The notes beneath the pieces were generated by a model. The model made no database searches and was not told the DNA's origin. It worked only from the letters and a program-made list of their open reading frames with translations. A DNA stretch of 64,000 nt from Micropruina sp. (GTDB lineage Bacteria > Actinomycetota > Actinomycetes > Propionibacteriales > Propionibacteriaceae): assembly GCA_018055925.1 (NCBI GenBank), contig JAGPGQ010000001.1:935-64934 (forward strand). Reading direction: 5' to 3'. Each line of letters begins with the position of its first letter. Position 1 is the stretch's first letter. Of this stretch, positions 48,216-58,032 are shown piece by piece. The translations under genes and the position numbers were made by a program.

Positions 48216-48734
48216 GTGAAAAGACGGATGGCAGCCACTAGCGCCGCAATGGCAATCACGTTGACGATGTGGTTGATTCCCGCCCCGAAAGCTGCGGCTT
48301 ACAATCTCAACGGCTGCAAGTTCTCAACTCGAAATCTCCTGTACGGGCACACGACGGTTTCCGGATACCAGGCGATCGTAGATGCCGCTGCGAGCAGGTG
48401 GTCGAATTCTACCGATGTCAATTTCACATATGTCTACGGGAGTGTGGCCCTTGGCATCAACCCGGTCGTAAGCAACTACGGTAACAATGGCTTGTCGGGC
48501 TGGGTGGTACTTTGCTCCGGTGGTAAAAGGACGAGCGAAGCGGTCTATTTGAATCGCTACTACCTCGATACTTACTCGTCAGCCAAGAAGAAAGGCGTTG
48601 CAACGCATGAGTTTGGTCATGCGCTCGGCCTGGCTCACACGAATAACAATACTGTAATGTATCCGACTGATGCCGGGAGAACGCAGTATTCTCCTGTTCA
48701 GGATGACATTAATGGGATCAACTCCCTCTACTGA
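48216..48734 (+). CDS. Secreted matrixin-like (M10/metzincin) metalloprotease
   Basis: Signal peptide; [11 protein letters not shown]; Met-turn TVMYP; [10 protein letters not shown]. Confidence 0.88.
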   Translation: MKRRMAATSAAMAITLTMWLIPAPKAAAYNLNGCKFSTRNLLYGHTTVSGYQAIVDAAASRWSNSTDVNFTYVYGSVALGINPVVSNYGNNGLSGWVVLCSGGKRTSEAVYLNRYYLDTYSSAKKKGVATHEFGHALGLAHTNNNTVMYPTDAGRTQYSPVQDDINGINSLY

Positions 48735-48753
48735 AGATTGGGCTTAGGGTAAA

Positions 48754-49296
48754 ATGGAGCGTCGCGCGGTTTTGCGTCTTTTGAGTTGCGGCGTTGCCAT
48801 GCTGCCTCTCGTAGCATGTTCGTCCCCACACCCCGAGGGCGCAAGGACGTCGGCCTCGGATGCGTCGTGGGATCGGAGTTACGACAGCCTTGACGCTGTG
48901 CTCGCTGAGACGACTGTAGTCGTCTCGGGGGCGGCGGTCAGTCAGGAGAAGATCCCGAGTACTGAGGATGGAAGCGGTCTCAAGAATTCCACCCTGACCA
49001 CTTTTCGCATCGAAAAGACCCTGGGCGAACGGATCAGCGAGGCAAAAGTACGCAGCACGGACGGTCTGCCCGACGGTGAAGCCGCGACCTACACCGTGGG
49101 TCAGTCGTATATCTTGTTCTTGAGACCATTCGAGTTCCGGCGTGGAGTCAGCACTGGGACCTACATTGCTGTCGGGCAGCTAGCTGCCTATCGCCTCACA
49201 GGGGAAAATGCCGTCCGGGTCACTGAACGAGACTCGTTACCCGTGACCATTTCAGCGCAGGAGTTGTTGCGCATTGCTGAATCGGCCCTGAAGTAG
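48754..49296 (+). CDS. Lipoprotein
   Basis: Lipobox LVAC; co-oriented with the protease. Confidence 0.78.
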   Translation: MERRAVLRLLSCGVAMLPLVACSSPHPEGARTSASDASWDRSYDSLDAVLAETTVVVSGAAVSQEKIPSTEDGSGLKNSTLTTFRIEKTLGERISEAKVRSTDGLPDGEAATYTVGQSYILFLRPFEFRRGVSTGTYIAVGQLAAYRLTGENAVRVTERDSLPVTISAQELLRIAESALK

Positions 49297-49319
49297 GTTC
49301 GGTTGCTCGGCTCCCAGCG

Positions 49320-49900
49320 AGTGATTGCAGGTCAGGCGTTTGCGTTTGATCCTGGCCAGCATTTGGTTAGGATCTCCGCCCGGATGAACGGGTGCTTGCG
49401 CCTTTTCCAGCCGTTCGATCGGGGCCCGAGATCTTGGTGGTGAGGTCGCGGGCGGAGGTGAAGGTGCCGCGGCGGATGGATTGGCGTTGGATGATCCGAA
49501 CTAGACCTCGGTCAAGTTCAGCCACGAGGTCGGGGTGAGATGGACATTGATCCTGGAATGAGCGGCGAGCCACTCCTTAACTTCGGGGTCTTTGTGGATG
49601 GCGTAGTTGTCCCTCATGAGGCCCAACTCGACATCGAGTAGGTGCGGGCCACAGTTTGAGGAAGACCAGGAACTCCTGATGCCGGCGTCGCCGGTTGCAT
49701 ATCCCGGTCACCGTGCCGGTGGTGATCTCCAGGGCGGCGAACAGGGTAGCGGTGCCGTGCCGGAAACAGTCATGGGTGCGTTGCTCGGTCTGCCCGGCTT
49801 GCACCGGCAACAGCTTCTGGGTCCGGTCCAACGCCTGGATCCGGGAGTTCTCGCCTGCCGAGATCACGAAGTCGTCCTCTCCGAGCGGCTCGTCCTGTCA
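49320..49900 (-). pseudogene. IS630-family transposase remnant
   Basis: IQALDRTQ...THDCFRHGTATLFAALE, HQEFL and RQSIRRGTFTS spread over several frames. Confidence 0.85.
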
Positions 49901-50150
49901 CTGGCGGTCATACAGGCCGGTTGCTGGGACGTTGGATTGGTGGCCGGGGGCTGCCAGCCCGATCGGACAGCTTCCAGGTCAGGGGACCCCCGGAGGGAGC
50001 CCTTAACATCACTGCGGTCTCTTCCTCGCCCGATCCCACCGCCAACGAATTGGCACACGGAGGCACTGAGCGCTGCGGTATACCGGCAATGCTGCGGCTT
50101 GGGTCCCAGTCGTTTTTAGCTGGATCACGAATGACAATGCCGACATAGTT

Positions 50151-50738
50151 GTGGCTTGGGCCACCATGGCCGGAGGGATGATCGCCTTCTTCGCGGCGGT
50201 GTTTGCTTTGTCGGAACTGCGAATGATCCGTCGTGACTCACGGAAGCGGACTCGTCCATATGTACAGCTCGATGTCGTACCTGGCCTGCACGGCCCCGGC
50301 AGCTGGGATCTCATCATCGAGAACAGGGTGCCTCCGCAGCCACTTGAGGTGGTCATCGACGCCGGCAAGTTCATCCCTGTTGATGCGGAGCCCCACATCG
50401 CTCCCCGGCTTGCTGACTACCTACTTGCCCCCAAGACCCTCGTCCCGGGCGCCCGCCGCCGCGTGATGTGGGGTTTCCACCTGACTGATCGCAACCTTAA
50501 GGCTGGCGTCCTTGAACCAAGGCAAGCGACCGTGACCTACCTCGATGAGCGCAAGGCGCGCCTCGGGTGGCCGACGCCTCGGGCCTGTCAGGACACGTTC
50601 ACCCTGCGCGATGCGTTCGGCGCAGCCGTCTTTCCTGCGCCCGCTGAGGGGAGTAAGCCGACTAGCCAAGACATGCTTGCCCACATCGACCGCGCTCTTC
50701 GGGCCATGAACGGTCACATTGGAGAGTTGCGCCGCTAG
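50151..50738 (+). CDS. Hypothetical protein with N-terminal TM
   Basis: Hydrophobic N-terminus, then RTRPYVQLD; convergent with the relaxase. Confidence 0.6.
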   Translation: MAWATMAGGMIAFFAAVFALSELRMIRRDSRKRTRPYVQLDVVPGLHGPGSWDLIIENRVPPQPLEVVIDAGKFIPVDAEPHIAPRLADYLLAPKTLVPGARRRVMWGFHLTDRNLKAGVLEPRQATVTYLDERKARLGWPTPRACQDTFTLRDAFGAAVFPAPAEGSKPTSQDMLAHIDRALRAMNGHIGELRR

Positions 50739-50898
50739 CAGGCTTGTCGGAGCGGGCTGAGCTCGGCGACGCGCACGAAGATTCATCACAGCCGGGCTCG
50801 TGGCCTCCTTGTCGGGAGGGTCCCCTGCTGGATCAGTGCTCGAGTCGTCCGGCAGGGGCGTGCCGTCGACATGCTCACTCTGGCGGCTGCCGCGCGTG

Positions 50899-53800
50899 TC
50901 AGCGCGCGACGCCCGGGTCAGGGTGTGCCGGTCGGTGTGAGTGGCCGAGCGGCGCAGGAGGGTTGGATGGTTGGGCGACCCGCTCTTGAGCAAACAGTCG
51001 AACGTGAATATCGCGGCTCTCGGCGTGCGCGTGCGCCGTGGCTTTGCGCGGATCGAGATTCCATGCACGCACCATAGGCGCGAGGGCTGCGCGCACGATC
51101 GCCGCCGGTATGCCGGTCTGGCTGGCAATGTGTTCGGCGCCGCTGGCCCAGCGCTGCCCGGGCTGGGCGGCGAGAACTCGCACGGCGTCGATGATCGCAT
51201 CGCTGCCGTTGAGGTGGGTGAGTCGTTCGTCGATGAGGGTCTCGGCGAGCGGACGCGCGGTGGAGAGTATGCGTCGGATTTTCTGGAGATTGTTGCTGGC
51301 GAGCAGGTCGGCTGGGTCAGCTCCTTCGGGCAGCCGGGCGTGGAGGGGGTCGAACCCGTATAGCGCAAGCAGCCAGTAGCCCTTTTCGGCGGCGACCTGG
51401 CCGGCGACATCGGCGTCGGTGGCGACGATCGGCGCTTGGCCGTGGCGATACAACTGGGCGACCTGTGCTTCGGTGAGGCTGGTTCCGAGCTGGGCCGTGC
51501 CGACGAATGTTCCTGCGCCGGTGAGGGTGACGGCCCATGCATCCATCGGTCCTTCGACGATGACCGGAGTGGCATCGCTGTTGAGCGGGCCGGCGATGAA
51601 GAGATGCTCGCTCTTGCTGTACAGCGGCGTGGTCGGAGTGTTGAGGTACTTGGGCCCGCGCCTGTCGTTGTCAGCGTGACCGGGGTTGCGTCGTGCAACG
51701 AAACCGAGCACTCGGCCGTCGTGAAGGATGGGGAGTGTGAGGCGGTCGCGGAACCGGTCAATCAGGCGTCCGGTAGAGGCAACGAGGGCAACCCCAGCGG
51801 TCACCATCTCGATGTCGGTGACGCCAAGGCGACGAAGGTGGCTGACCAAGCCTGTCCACGAGTCGGGCGCATAGCCTGCACCCATGTCGGAGAGCGCGCC
51901 GCGGTGGCCGGGGAATCGCTCGGCGAGGTAGGGGAGCGCCCAGCTGCTGGTCAGTTGCCGTTCGAAGTAGGCTGCGGCGAGGGTATTGACTTCGGCGATC
52001 CGCGGCGGTGGCACAGGGCTGGCTGCGATGGCATCGGTGCGCGCCATCATGCGGGCGACATCAGCGTCGGTGGGCTCGGGCGGACCCAGGGTGGCTCGCA
52101 CCATCCCCTCCAGGGCCAGCACGGCGTCGTCGGTCGGTCCGTCCCACTCGGGTTCATTGTCGGACGGGCTGGGCATCGAGCCGTCGGCGTCCCTTGTTCG
52201 AGCGGGACGCTCTTGGGCAGTGTCGGGCTGAGGTGGTTCCCATCCCTCGTGCATGTCGGTTGGCGGCTCGCGAGTGGGGTCGGGTGGTTCATCCTCGGTG
52301 TAGTAGCTGTCGGTGAACGCACTCAGCCGCCAGAGCCAGGCCTGGCACAGGTCGGTATGGCCGTCCGCGGTCGCGGGACGCGCTTCGTCGACGAGGTAGC
52401 TCAACGTCCAGCCTCGATGTAGACCCCGTTCGATCGTGGTGGCAAGGGAAGGCCACCAGGGGCTGACTTGCAGCTCGCGGGCGGTGGCTTCCCCGACCTG
52501 GGCGGTGAAGGCTTCTAGCCACGCGTTCGTCTCTCGTTTGTCGACGGCGCCGGCGAGCATGGTGCTCAGGTTTCTCGCGATGCGCCACCACAGAGCCGAG
52601 GCCGCGTGGTCATCGGGTAGCGGGCCTGCCTCGGCAGCGGTGGTCAGGAGGGCGCGGGCGTCGTTGCCGCCGGTGGCCAGTCGGGAGAGCCGAGCAGCCA
52701 GAATCGGCGCGAAGTCGTCACTGAGAAGGGTGGGGGAGATGGCCTTCAGGGTGCCGCCCCACTCGGTGAGTGCAGCGGACTGGCAGGTCGCCAGGCGGGC
52801 GAGGAGTTGTCGCTGCCAGCGCAGCTCGGCCATGCCGTGCTGGGGTTCCCCCGTGGGTCGAAGATCGGCGGGGTCGACCTGGTTGGCGGCCCGCCATACC
52901 TCCACGTCTTCGATCAACTCGGCCGACGGACGTCCGGCGAGGCCACCAGCCCAGGCCGGCATTGAGGCTTCTCTGTTGGCTGCGTCGCGTACCTGGTCGG
53001 CGAGGTCGCCCACCAGGGCGAAGCGTGCGGCGAGGTACTCACCCCACATCTCGTGGCCGGCCAAGTGGCGCGGGATGCCGGGCATCCAGGGCAGCGGCCC
53101 GCGTCGCTTGCCCCATTCGCCCTCGGCAACGCGCGACGCCAAGACGGAGCAGGGATCGCGGGTGTCCTGAAGTGGTTCGGACGATGCGGCGGCGAGCGCA
53201 TCAAACGGATCGCGGTTGTCGGCGGCGACCGCGAGGAGTTGCGCTCGCAGCGCCGGCCAGGTGCCGGCCTGGCTGATTCGCGGCAGCACCTTGTCGATGT
53301 CGTGTTCGAGTCGTTCGATGCCGGCGGGGCCGATCAGGTGGCCGGCGGCGAATCTGATCGCGTCGCTGTAGCGGGCGGCCGCGTTACCGAGCAGGACCCT
53401 GGGGGTGTTGGCTTCGCGTAGCGCGGTGGTCGCGGAGACGGGTGAGTCGTCGCGGGCGAGGATGCGTTCGAGCAGGTCGGTGGGGGAGGGCGGGTTGATC
53501 GTGTCCGGGTGGATCAGGCTGTGGGGATCGCCGTCGCCGACTGAGACGAGGTAGGCGTGGTTCGCCTCGCGACCGCGGGTGAGCATGGTGTAGGCCTGCT
53601 GGCGGGACTCTTTCCCGGACAACAGACCGTGCATGGTGTCGGCTGTGACTCCTTGGGCGGTGTGGGTCGTGGTCGCGTAGCCGAGTTCCACCGAGTCCTT
53701 CACGTAGGTGGACGGGAGGATCACGTGTCGGCCGGTGCGGTTGTGGCGGGCGTGGATCGAGCCGTCAGCGCCCGCGGTGGTGACGTTCCATCGGTCGCCG

Positions 53801-56373
53801 TTCTTGACCCAGTCGGTTGCCGATGTCCGTAGCGCCCGGTTGTTGCGGCGGGTGATGATCGTGTCTCCGACGGAGGCGTGGTTGCCGTCGGACAGCAGCA
53901 CCGACCGGTCGGGTGGAGCGGCATTGCTGAGACGTGCGTCGCGGGCGCGCTGGTTGAGTTCGCTGGACAGTTCTCGGGTTGGGGCGAGCATGATGGAGTC
54001 GATTCCGCTGGCGATGTCGGCCGACCAGGCGGCGAATAGCTCGTCGACCATGGTGCTTTCGTTGCCTACATGTACGCGTCCCTGGTCGAGGTAGAAGCCC
54101 AGCGCGGAAGTCTGACCTTGACGCAGCGCCAGAGAGGCTGATCCTTCGACCCGGTCCGAGAAGCGGACCAATTCGCTGAGCCGGAGCGCCCCCTGGGTTG
54201 CCTGGATGTCGCGGAGGATTCCGCCGGCACCGATCGCGGCGAGCTGTTGATCATCGCCGATGAGTCGGACGCTGCCGCCCCGCCGCACGACGTGATCGAC
54301 AACGGCGTCGAGAGCAAGAGTGTCGGCCATGCCGGCTTCGTCGACGATCACCAGGGTGTCGGGCCCGATCGAGGCTACCCAGTCATGCTCCTCGCCTTTG
54401 GCGAGCGCCCATACGAGCTTGGCCAACGTCTCGGTGCGTCCAACGGCCAGCTGCTCGCCCAGTTCTGCAGCGCTGGCTGCTGATGGCGCCAGACCCAGCA
54501 CGGTGCCACCGTCGGCGATCCATGCGCGGGAAAGCGCCGACATGGCGGTGGTCTTTCCCGCGCCGGCTGGCGCAATGGCGAGCTGCAGTCGTGCGCCACT
54601 GCCGGCCATTTCCCGCACCAGCAACACCTGTCCCGCGTTGAGTGGACGCCCGTTTGCCTCAGCCTCCAGGAGAGCCAGATCCACTGCCGTTGCGGGTGCT
54701 TTCCTGCCGTCTGAGCGCCCCGCGGCGGCCAGCAGGCGAGCTTCGGCGTTCAGCACGGTGGGGGAGGTGAACAACTGCGCCCCGGCGACGGTATAGACGC
54801 TCGCTCCGTCGGAACGACGCAGGGGTTTCGGATCGGAGGGCTCGGCAGGATCAGCGCACCTGGTCAGCGGCTTGCACAGTTCCACAGCACGACTAACGAG
54901 GTCCGAAACGAACCGATCGACGTTCTGCACGGGGATCTCGACCGCTCGCGCTGCTCGCAACGCCTCCGCGCGAAGGTGCCATGTCTGCCAGGTGGAGCGT
55001 CGTTGTTGCACCTGGTCCACCACGATGCGGGCGGCCCGTTCCATCCACTCCGGATCCGGCACACGTGTACTGGCGTTCGCCCGACGGAGGGTCGCGTTCA
55101 CCATCGCGGTGATCGCTTCGTTGCTGCCCAGTACGTGCACAGCTTGGGTGCGCCAAGTGGCCCGCTGCTCGGCCAGGCTTCGAGGTGAATGTTTGCCCTG
55201 ACGTGTTTCGAGGGTTGCCTGTTGTGCGAGTGCGATGGCCTCCGCCGGCGTCGGTGGACGGCCACGATGCTGTTGGAACTGGGTTGCCAACTCCTGTTGC
55301 CGTGCCTCGATACTGCGGCGTCTGCTCGACCATTGATCCGTGAGTTCCGGATTGACTCCGACCACTTCTCGTACCGGATTCTTGCCTGGATCTTGCCCTG
55401 CGCGCGCGGCGAAGCGCAGCCCGAGGGAGGCAGCCAGGTGTCGTTCCAGCGCGGTGTTGTACACCTCGGACGCGGTGACGGCAGCCTTGTGCAGAACACG
55501 GCCGTCAATCGATAACCACCGTCCGTCCTCCACGGTTTGGACCTTGTTGGCCACGGCGATATGTGAGTGTAGATCCGGGTCGCCAGCACGGCTATCGCGG
55601 TGGACGAACGCCGCCGCAACAAGACCTCTGACCTCGACCTGTCGTACACCGTCGCGCCCAGTGCGAGTGAACAAGGCATGCTGCTCGATGAAAGCCAGGG
55701 CATCATCGACCGCGGCGTGGTGGGCCTTCTCGATCTGCGCCGCCAGCTGCGGCTCCGCGAGCGCCCACAGGGCAGAAACGGATTTCACGGGTGAGAATGT
55801 GAGATCCCATCCCGCTACTGCCGTGGTCTGCTGCCGCGACAGTTTCGCGATCCAGCCCGACAGCTCGCGCTGATCGAGTGGTTCGCGGCCAAGCTGTTTG
55901 CGGAACATCTCCAGGCTGACCTCGGTCCGGATCAGGGCACGGTCTTCGATCGCCGTTGCGGCACTCCGGGGCAGGCCCCGCTGCTTGTTGAGCGTTTCGA
56001 TCCGGCGCGCGACCTCGATCCTGAACGGGCTCACATCGTCGTTGAAGACCTTGAACGGCCTGCCCAATCTGGCCAGCGCCAGGTAGTCGACCTCGGTCAG
56101 CCCAGGACCAGCGAGCGCCGCCTGCCGCTCCGTGGCCAACGGGTGATGACCGGACCCAAACAGCGCCTGCATCTGTCCGTGGGTGACCACATCACCCACG
56201 GACAGCCCTTCGATGCCAGCCATCCCGGAACCCAGCCAGCGGCCAGGGGCCTCCCCCTTCTCGCTGTAGTACGAGGCCAAGGCGGCGTGGCCCTTCTCCG
56301 TCGAATCCTGCACCGCAACCTGACGTGTCAGATAGTCGTAGCCGGAGCCGGCGGTGATCCGGTGCAGGCTCAT
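50899..56373 (-). CDS. mobF: MobF (TrwC) relaxase fused to RecD-like helicase and DnaG-type primase/Toprim (1824 aa)
   Basis: MSLHRITAGSGYDYL; DLTFSPVKSVS; HRDSRAGDPDLHSH (HUH); APAGAGKTT; DEAGM; DRFRDRL; KYLNTP; EGPMD; DAD. Confidence 0.93.
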   Translation of the reverse strand: MSLHRITAGSGYDYLTRQVAVQDSTEKGHAALASYYSEKGEAPGRWLGSGMAGIEGLSVGDVVTHGQMQALFGSGHHPLATERQAALAGPGLTEVDYLALARLGRPFKVFNDDVSPFRIEVARRIETLNKQRGLPRSAATAIEDRALIRTEVSLEMFRKQLGREPLDQRELSGWIAKLSRQQTTAVAGWDLTFSPVKSVSALWALAEPQLAAQIEKAHHAAVDDALAFIEQHALFTRTGRDGVRQVEVRGLVAAAFVHRDSRAGDPDLHSHIAVANKVQTVEDGRWLSIDGRVLHKAAVTASEVYNTALERHLAASLGLRFAARAGQDPGKNPVREVVGVNPELTDQWSSRRRSIEARQQELATQFQQHRGRPPTPAEAIALAQQATLETRQGKHSPRSLAEQRATWRTQAVHVLGSNEAITAMVNATLRRANASTRVPDPEWMERAARIVVDQVQQRRSTWQTWHLRAEALRAARAVEIPVQNVDRFVSDLVSRAVELCKPLTRCADPAEPSDPKPLRRSDGASVYTVAGAQLFTSPTVLNAEARLLAAAGRSDGRKAPATAVDLALLEAEANGRPLNAGQVLLVREMAGSGARLQLAIAPAGAGKTTAMSALSRAWIADGGTVLGLAPSAASAAELGEQLAVGRTETLAKLVWALAKGEEHDWVASIGPDTLVIVDEAGMADTLALDAVVDHVVRRGGSVRLIGDDQQLAAIGAGGILRDIQATQGALRLSELVRFSDRVEGSASLALRQGQTSALGFYLDQGRVHVGNESTMVDELFAAWSADIASGIDSIMLAPTRELSSELNQRARDARLSNAAPPDRSVLLSDGNHASVGDTIITRRNNRALRTSATDWVKNGDRWNVTTAGADGSIHARHNRTGRHVILPSTYVKDSVELGYATTTHTAQGVTADTMHGLLSGKESRQQAYTMLTRGREANHAYLVSVGDGDPHSLIHPDTINPPSPTDLLERILARDDSPVSATTALREANTPRVLLGNAAARYSDAIRFAAGHLIGPAGIERLEHDIDKVLPRISQAGTWPALRAQLLAVAADNRDPFDALAAASSEPLQDTRDPCSVLASRVAEGEWGKRRGPLPWMPGIPRHLAGHEMWGEYLAARFALVGDLADQVRDAANREASMPAWAGGLAGRPSAELIEDVEVWRAANQVDPADLRPTGEPQHGMAELRWQRQLLARLATCQSAALTEWGGTLKAISPTLLSDDFAPILAARLSRLATGGNDARALLTTAAEAGPLPDDHAASALWWRIARNLSTMLAGAVDKRETNAWLEAFTAQVGEATARELQVSPWWPSLATTIERGLHRGWTLSYLVDEARPATADGHTDLCQAWLWRLSAFTDSYYTEDEPPDPTREPPTDMHEGWEPPQPDTAQERPARTRDADGSMPSPSDNEPEWDGPTDDAVLALEGMVRATLGPPEPTDADVARMMARTDAIAASPVPPPRIAEVNTLAAAYFERQLTSSWALPYLAERFPGHRGALSDMGAGYAPDSWTGLVSHLRRLGVTDIEMVTAGVALVASTGRLIDRFRDRLTLPILHDGRVLGFVARRNPGHADNDRRGPKYLNTPTTPLYSKSEHLFIAGPLNSDATPVIVEGPMDAWAVTLTGAGTFVGTAQLGTSLTEAQVAQLYRHGQAPIVATDADVAGQVAAEKGYWLLALYGFDPLHARLPEGADPADLLASNNLQKIRRILSTARPLAETLIDERLTHLNGSDAIIDAVRVLAAQPGQRWASGAEHIASQTGIPAAIVRAALAPMVRAWNLDPRKATAHAHAESRDIHVRLFAQERVAQPSNPPAPLGHSHRPAHPDPGVAR

Positions 56374-56499
56374 CGTCACAACCACAAATGCCGCGACACA
56401 GGGCACTTTCCGGACCAAGGCAACCACTCCGCCCTGGTGTTCGAACAGCTGATGAGGCCGGCAGATTCGTGGCGCCTGAACGTCAGCGACGGCGCGGCC

Positions 56500-56550
56500 G
56501 CTCAGCTCCAGCGCCGGGGCAGGCGAGCTTGATGCAAGAGGTGTGTGGGA
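56500..56550. other. Candidate oriT
   Basis: Imperfect inverted repeat followed by GAGGTGTGTGG, similar to the F-type nic GGGGTGT^GG; lies between mobF and a divergent small gene. Confidence 0.45.
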
Positions 56551-56690
56551 CTTCGAACCTGGCAAATCCGAGAGGGAAGGAAGCGGGCAGTGGGGCCGGA
56601 GGCCGAAGCGACGCGGGCGCAGCTGGCCGGTTCGCTGCTCATCCTCAGATTACGGAGGTGAGGGGCCGGCAGGAAAGGTGGTGGCTACTG

Positions 56691-56996
56691 ATGGCGAAGC
56701 AGGGAGTACGACAAGCGGCCCGTCGCCGAGTTCAGGAAGCACTCGCGACGAAACAGAAGGAGCGGGTCGCGCGGGATCGCCGGCATAGTGACCTCGCCGT
56801 CACGCTGCTGGCGGCGCTCGCTGAACGGGACAAGGCGGTCACGAAGTCGGAGGCTGAGGCGGCCGTCGCGGTCGGATCCCTGGTCGACGACGGCCTCAGC
56901 CTGTCCGAGGTCGGCGAGTTGTGCGGAGGGTCCCTCACCGTGAAGGAACTCCGACGGCTAGCCAAGCTGAAGCCTCCTGAGTCGGCGGAGGTCTGA
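56691..56996 (+). CDS. Small basic protein divergent from the relaxase (probable relaxosome accessory factor)
   Basis: RBS GAAAGG; coiled coil plus HTH-like GLSLSEVGELCG...VKELRRL. Confidence 0.72.
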   Translation: MAKQGVRQAARRRVQEALATKQKERVARDRRHSDLAVTLLAALAERDKAVTKSEAEAAVAVGSLVDDGLSLSEVGELCGGSLTVKELRRLAKLKPPESAEV

Positions 56997-56999
56997 ACG

Positions 57000-57902
57000 A
57001 TGACTGGATGGCGCACAGCCTGGGCACTAGCCCAGATCACAGGTGTCGTAGTCAGCACGTGTATCTGGCTTGTGGTTAGCGCGCTTTGGCCCGTTGCCGC
57101 CGCCGTCGCGATCATGGGCTGCTGCCTCTATGTAGCCGGTCGGTTGACCGCCGCAGGCCTATGGTGGCGGTTCGGTGCCCGGTCTGCGCGCGACTGGGAG
57201 CGGGACCGATTGCTGGCATCCTTGGTGCCGATTGTCGCGCTGCGCGGGCGTCGCCAGCCGACCATCTGGATTGGGCGGTATGCCGCTGCCAGCACGGTCG
57301 TCATGGCGGGCGGAAACCTCATCGTCGGTGAGCGGGTACTTGGTCAACTAGTGTGCGGTGACCTTGATGAGCAACAGGCGTGCGCCCTCGTGTGTCACGC
57401 ACTTGGGCGCCAAGACGTTTGCAGCTCAGCGGTCGTCGCCGCGGTAGACGGGTACTGCGCCCCCTGGAGCCTCCTTGCACTCATCGTCAAGGAGGTGCGC
57501 CGCCTATTGCGGCGCGTCCCGCTGCTGTCGTTCGCGTGGCGAATCCGGTGGTTGACCTTCGGAGTGGCGCTCGTCGACTCTGCCTACAACGGCAGGTGGC
57601 TGGCTTTCGTCGGCGTGGCACTGATCGCGACATCGACGTGGAGCACTGGGTACCTGCAAACACGGTGGCATGCCTCGATGCTGCGCCTCGGTGACCGAAG
57701 GGTAGTAGCCGAGGGCTACGGGCCGGCTCTTGCCGGACTGCTTCGGGGAGCCCCTACAGCTACATCCGATGCCCGCCGGATCCATGCGCTCACGCTCACG
57801 CCCGCACAGCCGCCGAGGAATTCGCCAACTCGCCAGCACGGTGGGAGATTCGGCGGGTGGAGCGAGTACGACCTAGGCAGCCCCAATTCGGCGACGCAGT
57901 AG
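57000..57902 (+). CDS. Membrane protein resembling a degenerate M48 peptidase
   Basis: TM layout and ALVCHALG where M48 enzymes have HExxH; GYGPALAGLL. Confidence 0.55.
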   Translation: MTGWRTAWALAQITGVVVSTCIWLVVSALWPVAAAVAIMGCCLYVAGRLTAAGLWWRFGARSARDWERDRLLASLVPIVALRGRRQPTIWIGRYAAASTVVMAGGNLIVGERVLGQLVCGDLDEQQACALVCHALGRQDVCSSAVVAAVDGYCAPWSLLALIVKEVRRLLRRVPLLSFAWRIRWLTFGVALVDSAYNGRWLAFVGVALIATSTWSTGYLQTRWHASMLRLGDRRVVAEGYGPALAGLLRGAPTATSDARRIHALTLTPAQPPRNSPTRQHGGRFGGWSEYDLGSPNSATQ

Positions 57903-58032
57903 GCATGGTGGTGGTCGACTTCGTGAGTCTTGCGCAGAACCGGGCTGTCGGCCGACGTGCCGCGTGCAGGAATGACGTCGCTAGGCCGTGCTGCTAAACG
58001 CGCGTCGCGGGCCAGTCAGAGAGTCTTGGGTC

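Larger units (their letters stand above)
1..57980. mobile_element. Integrative conjugative element (int/xis, Tad pilus, T4SS-like operon, MobF relaxase); boundaries approximate
   Basis: Integrase and excisionase, VirB4/VirD4/VirB6-like genes, TrwC-type relaxase and cargo occur together. att sites not identified; the left end lies outside the window. Confidence 0.8.

Noticed and set aside
56374-56565. Extra 64 N-terminal residues on the relaxase ORF
   Set aside because: MobF relaxases begin at the M-S-L/I-x-x motif just before the catalytic Tyr; this stretch is the oriT/promoter region.
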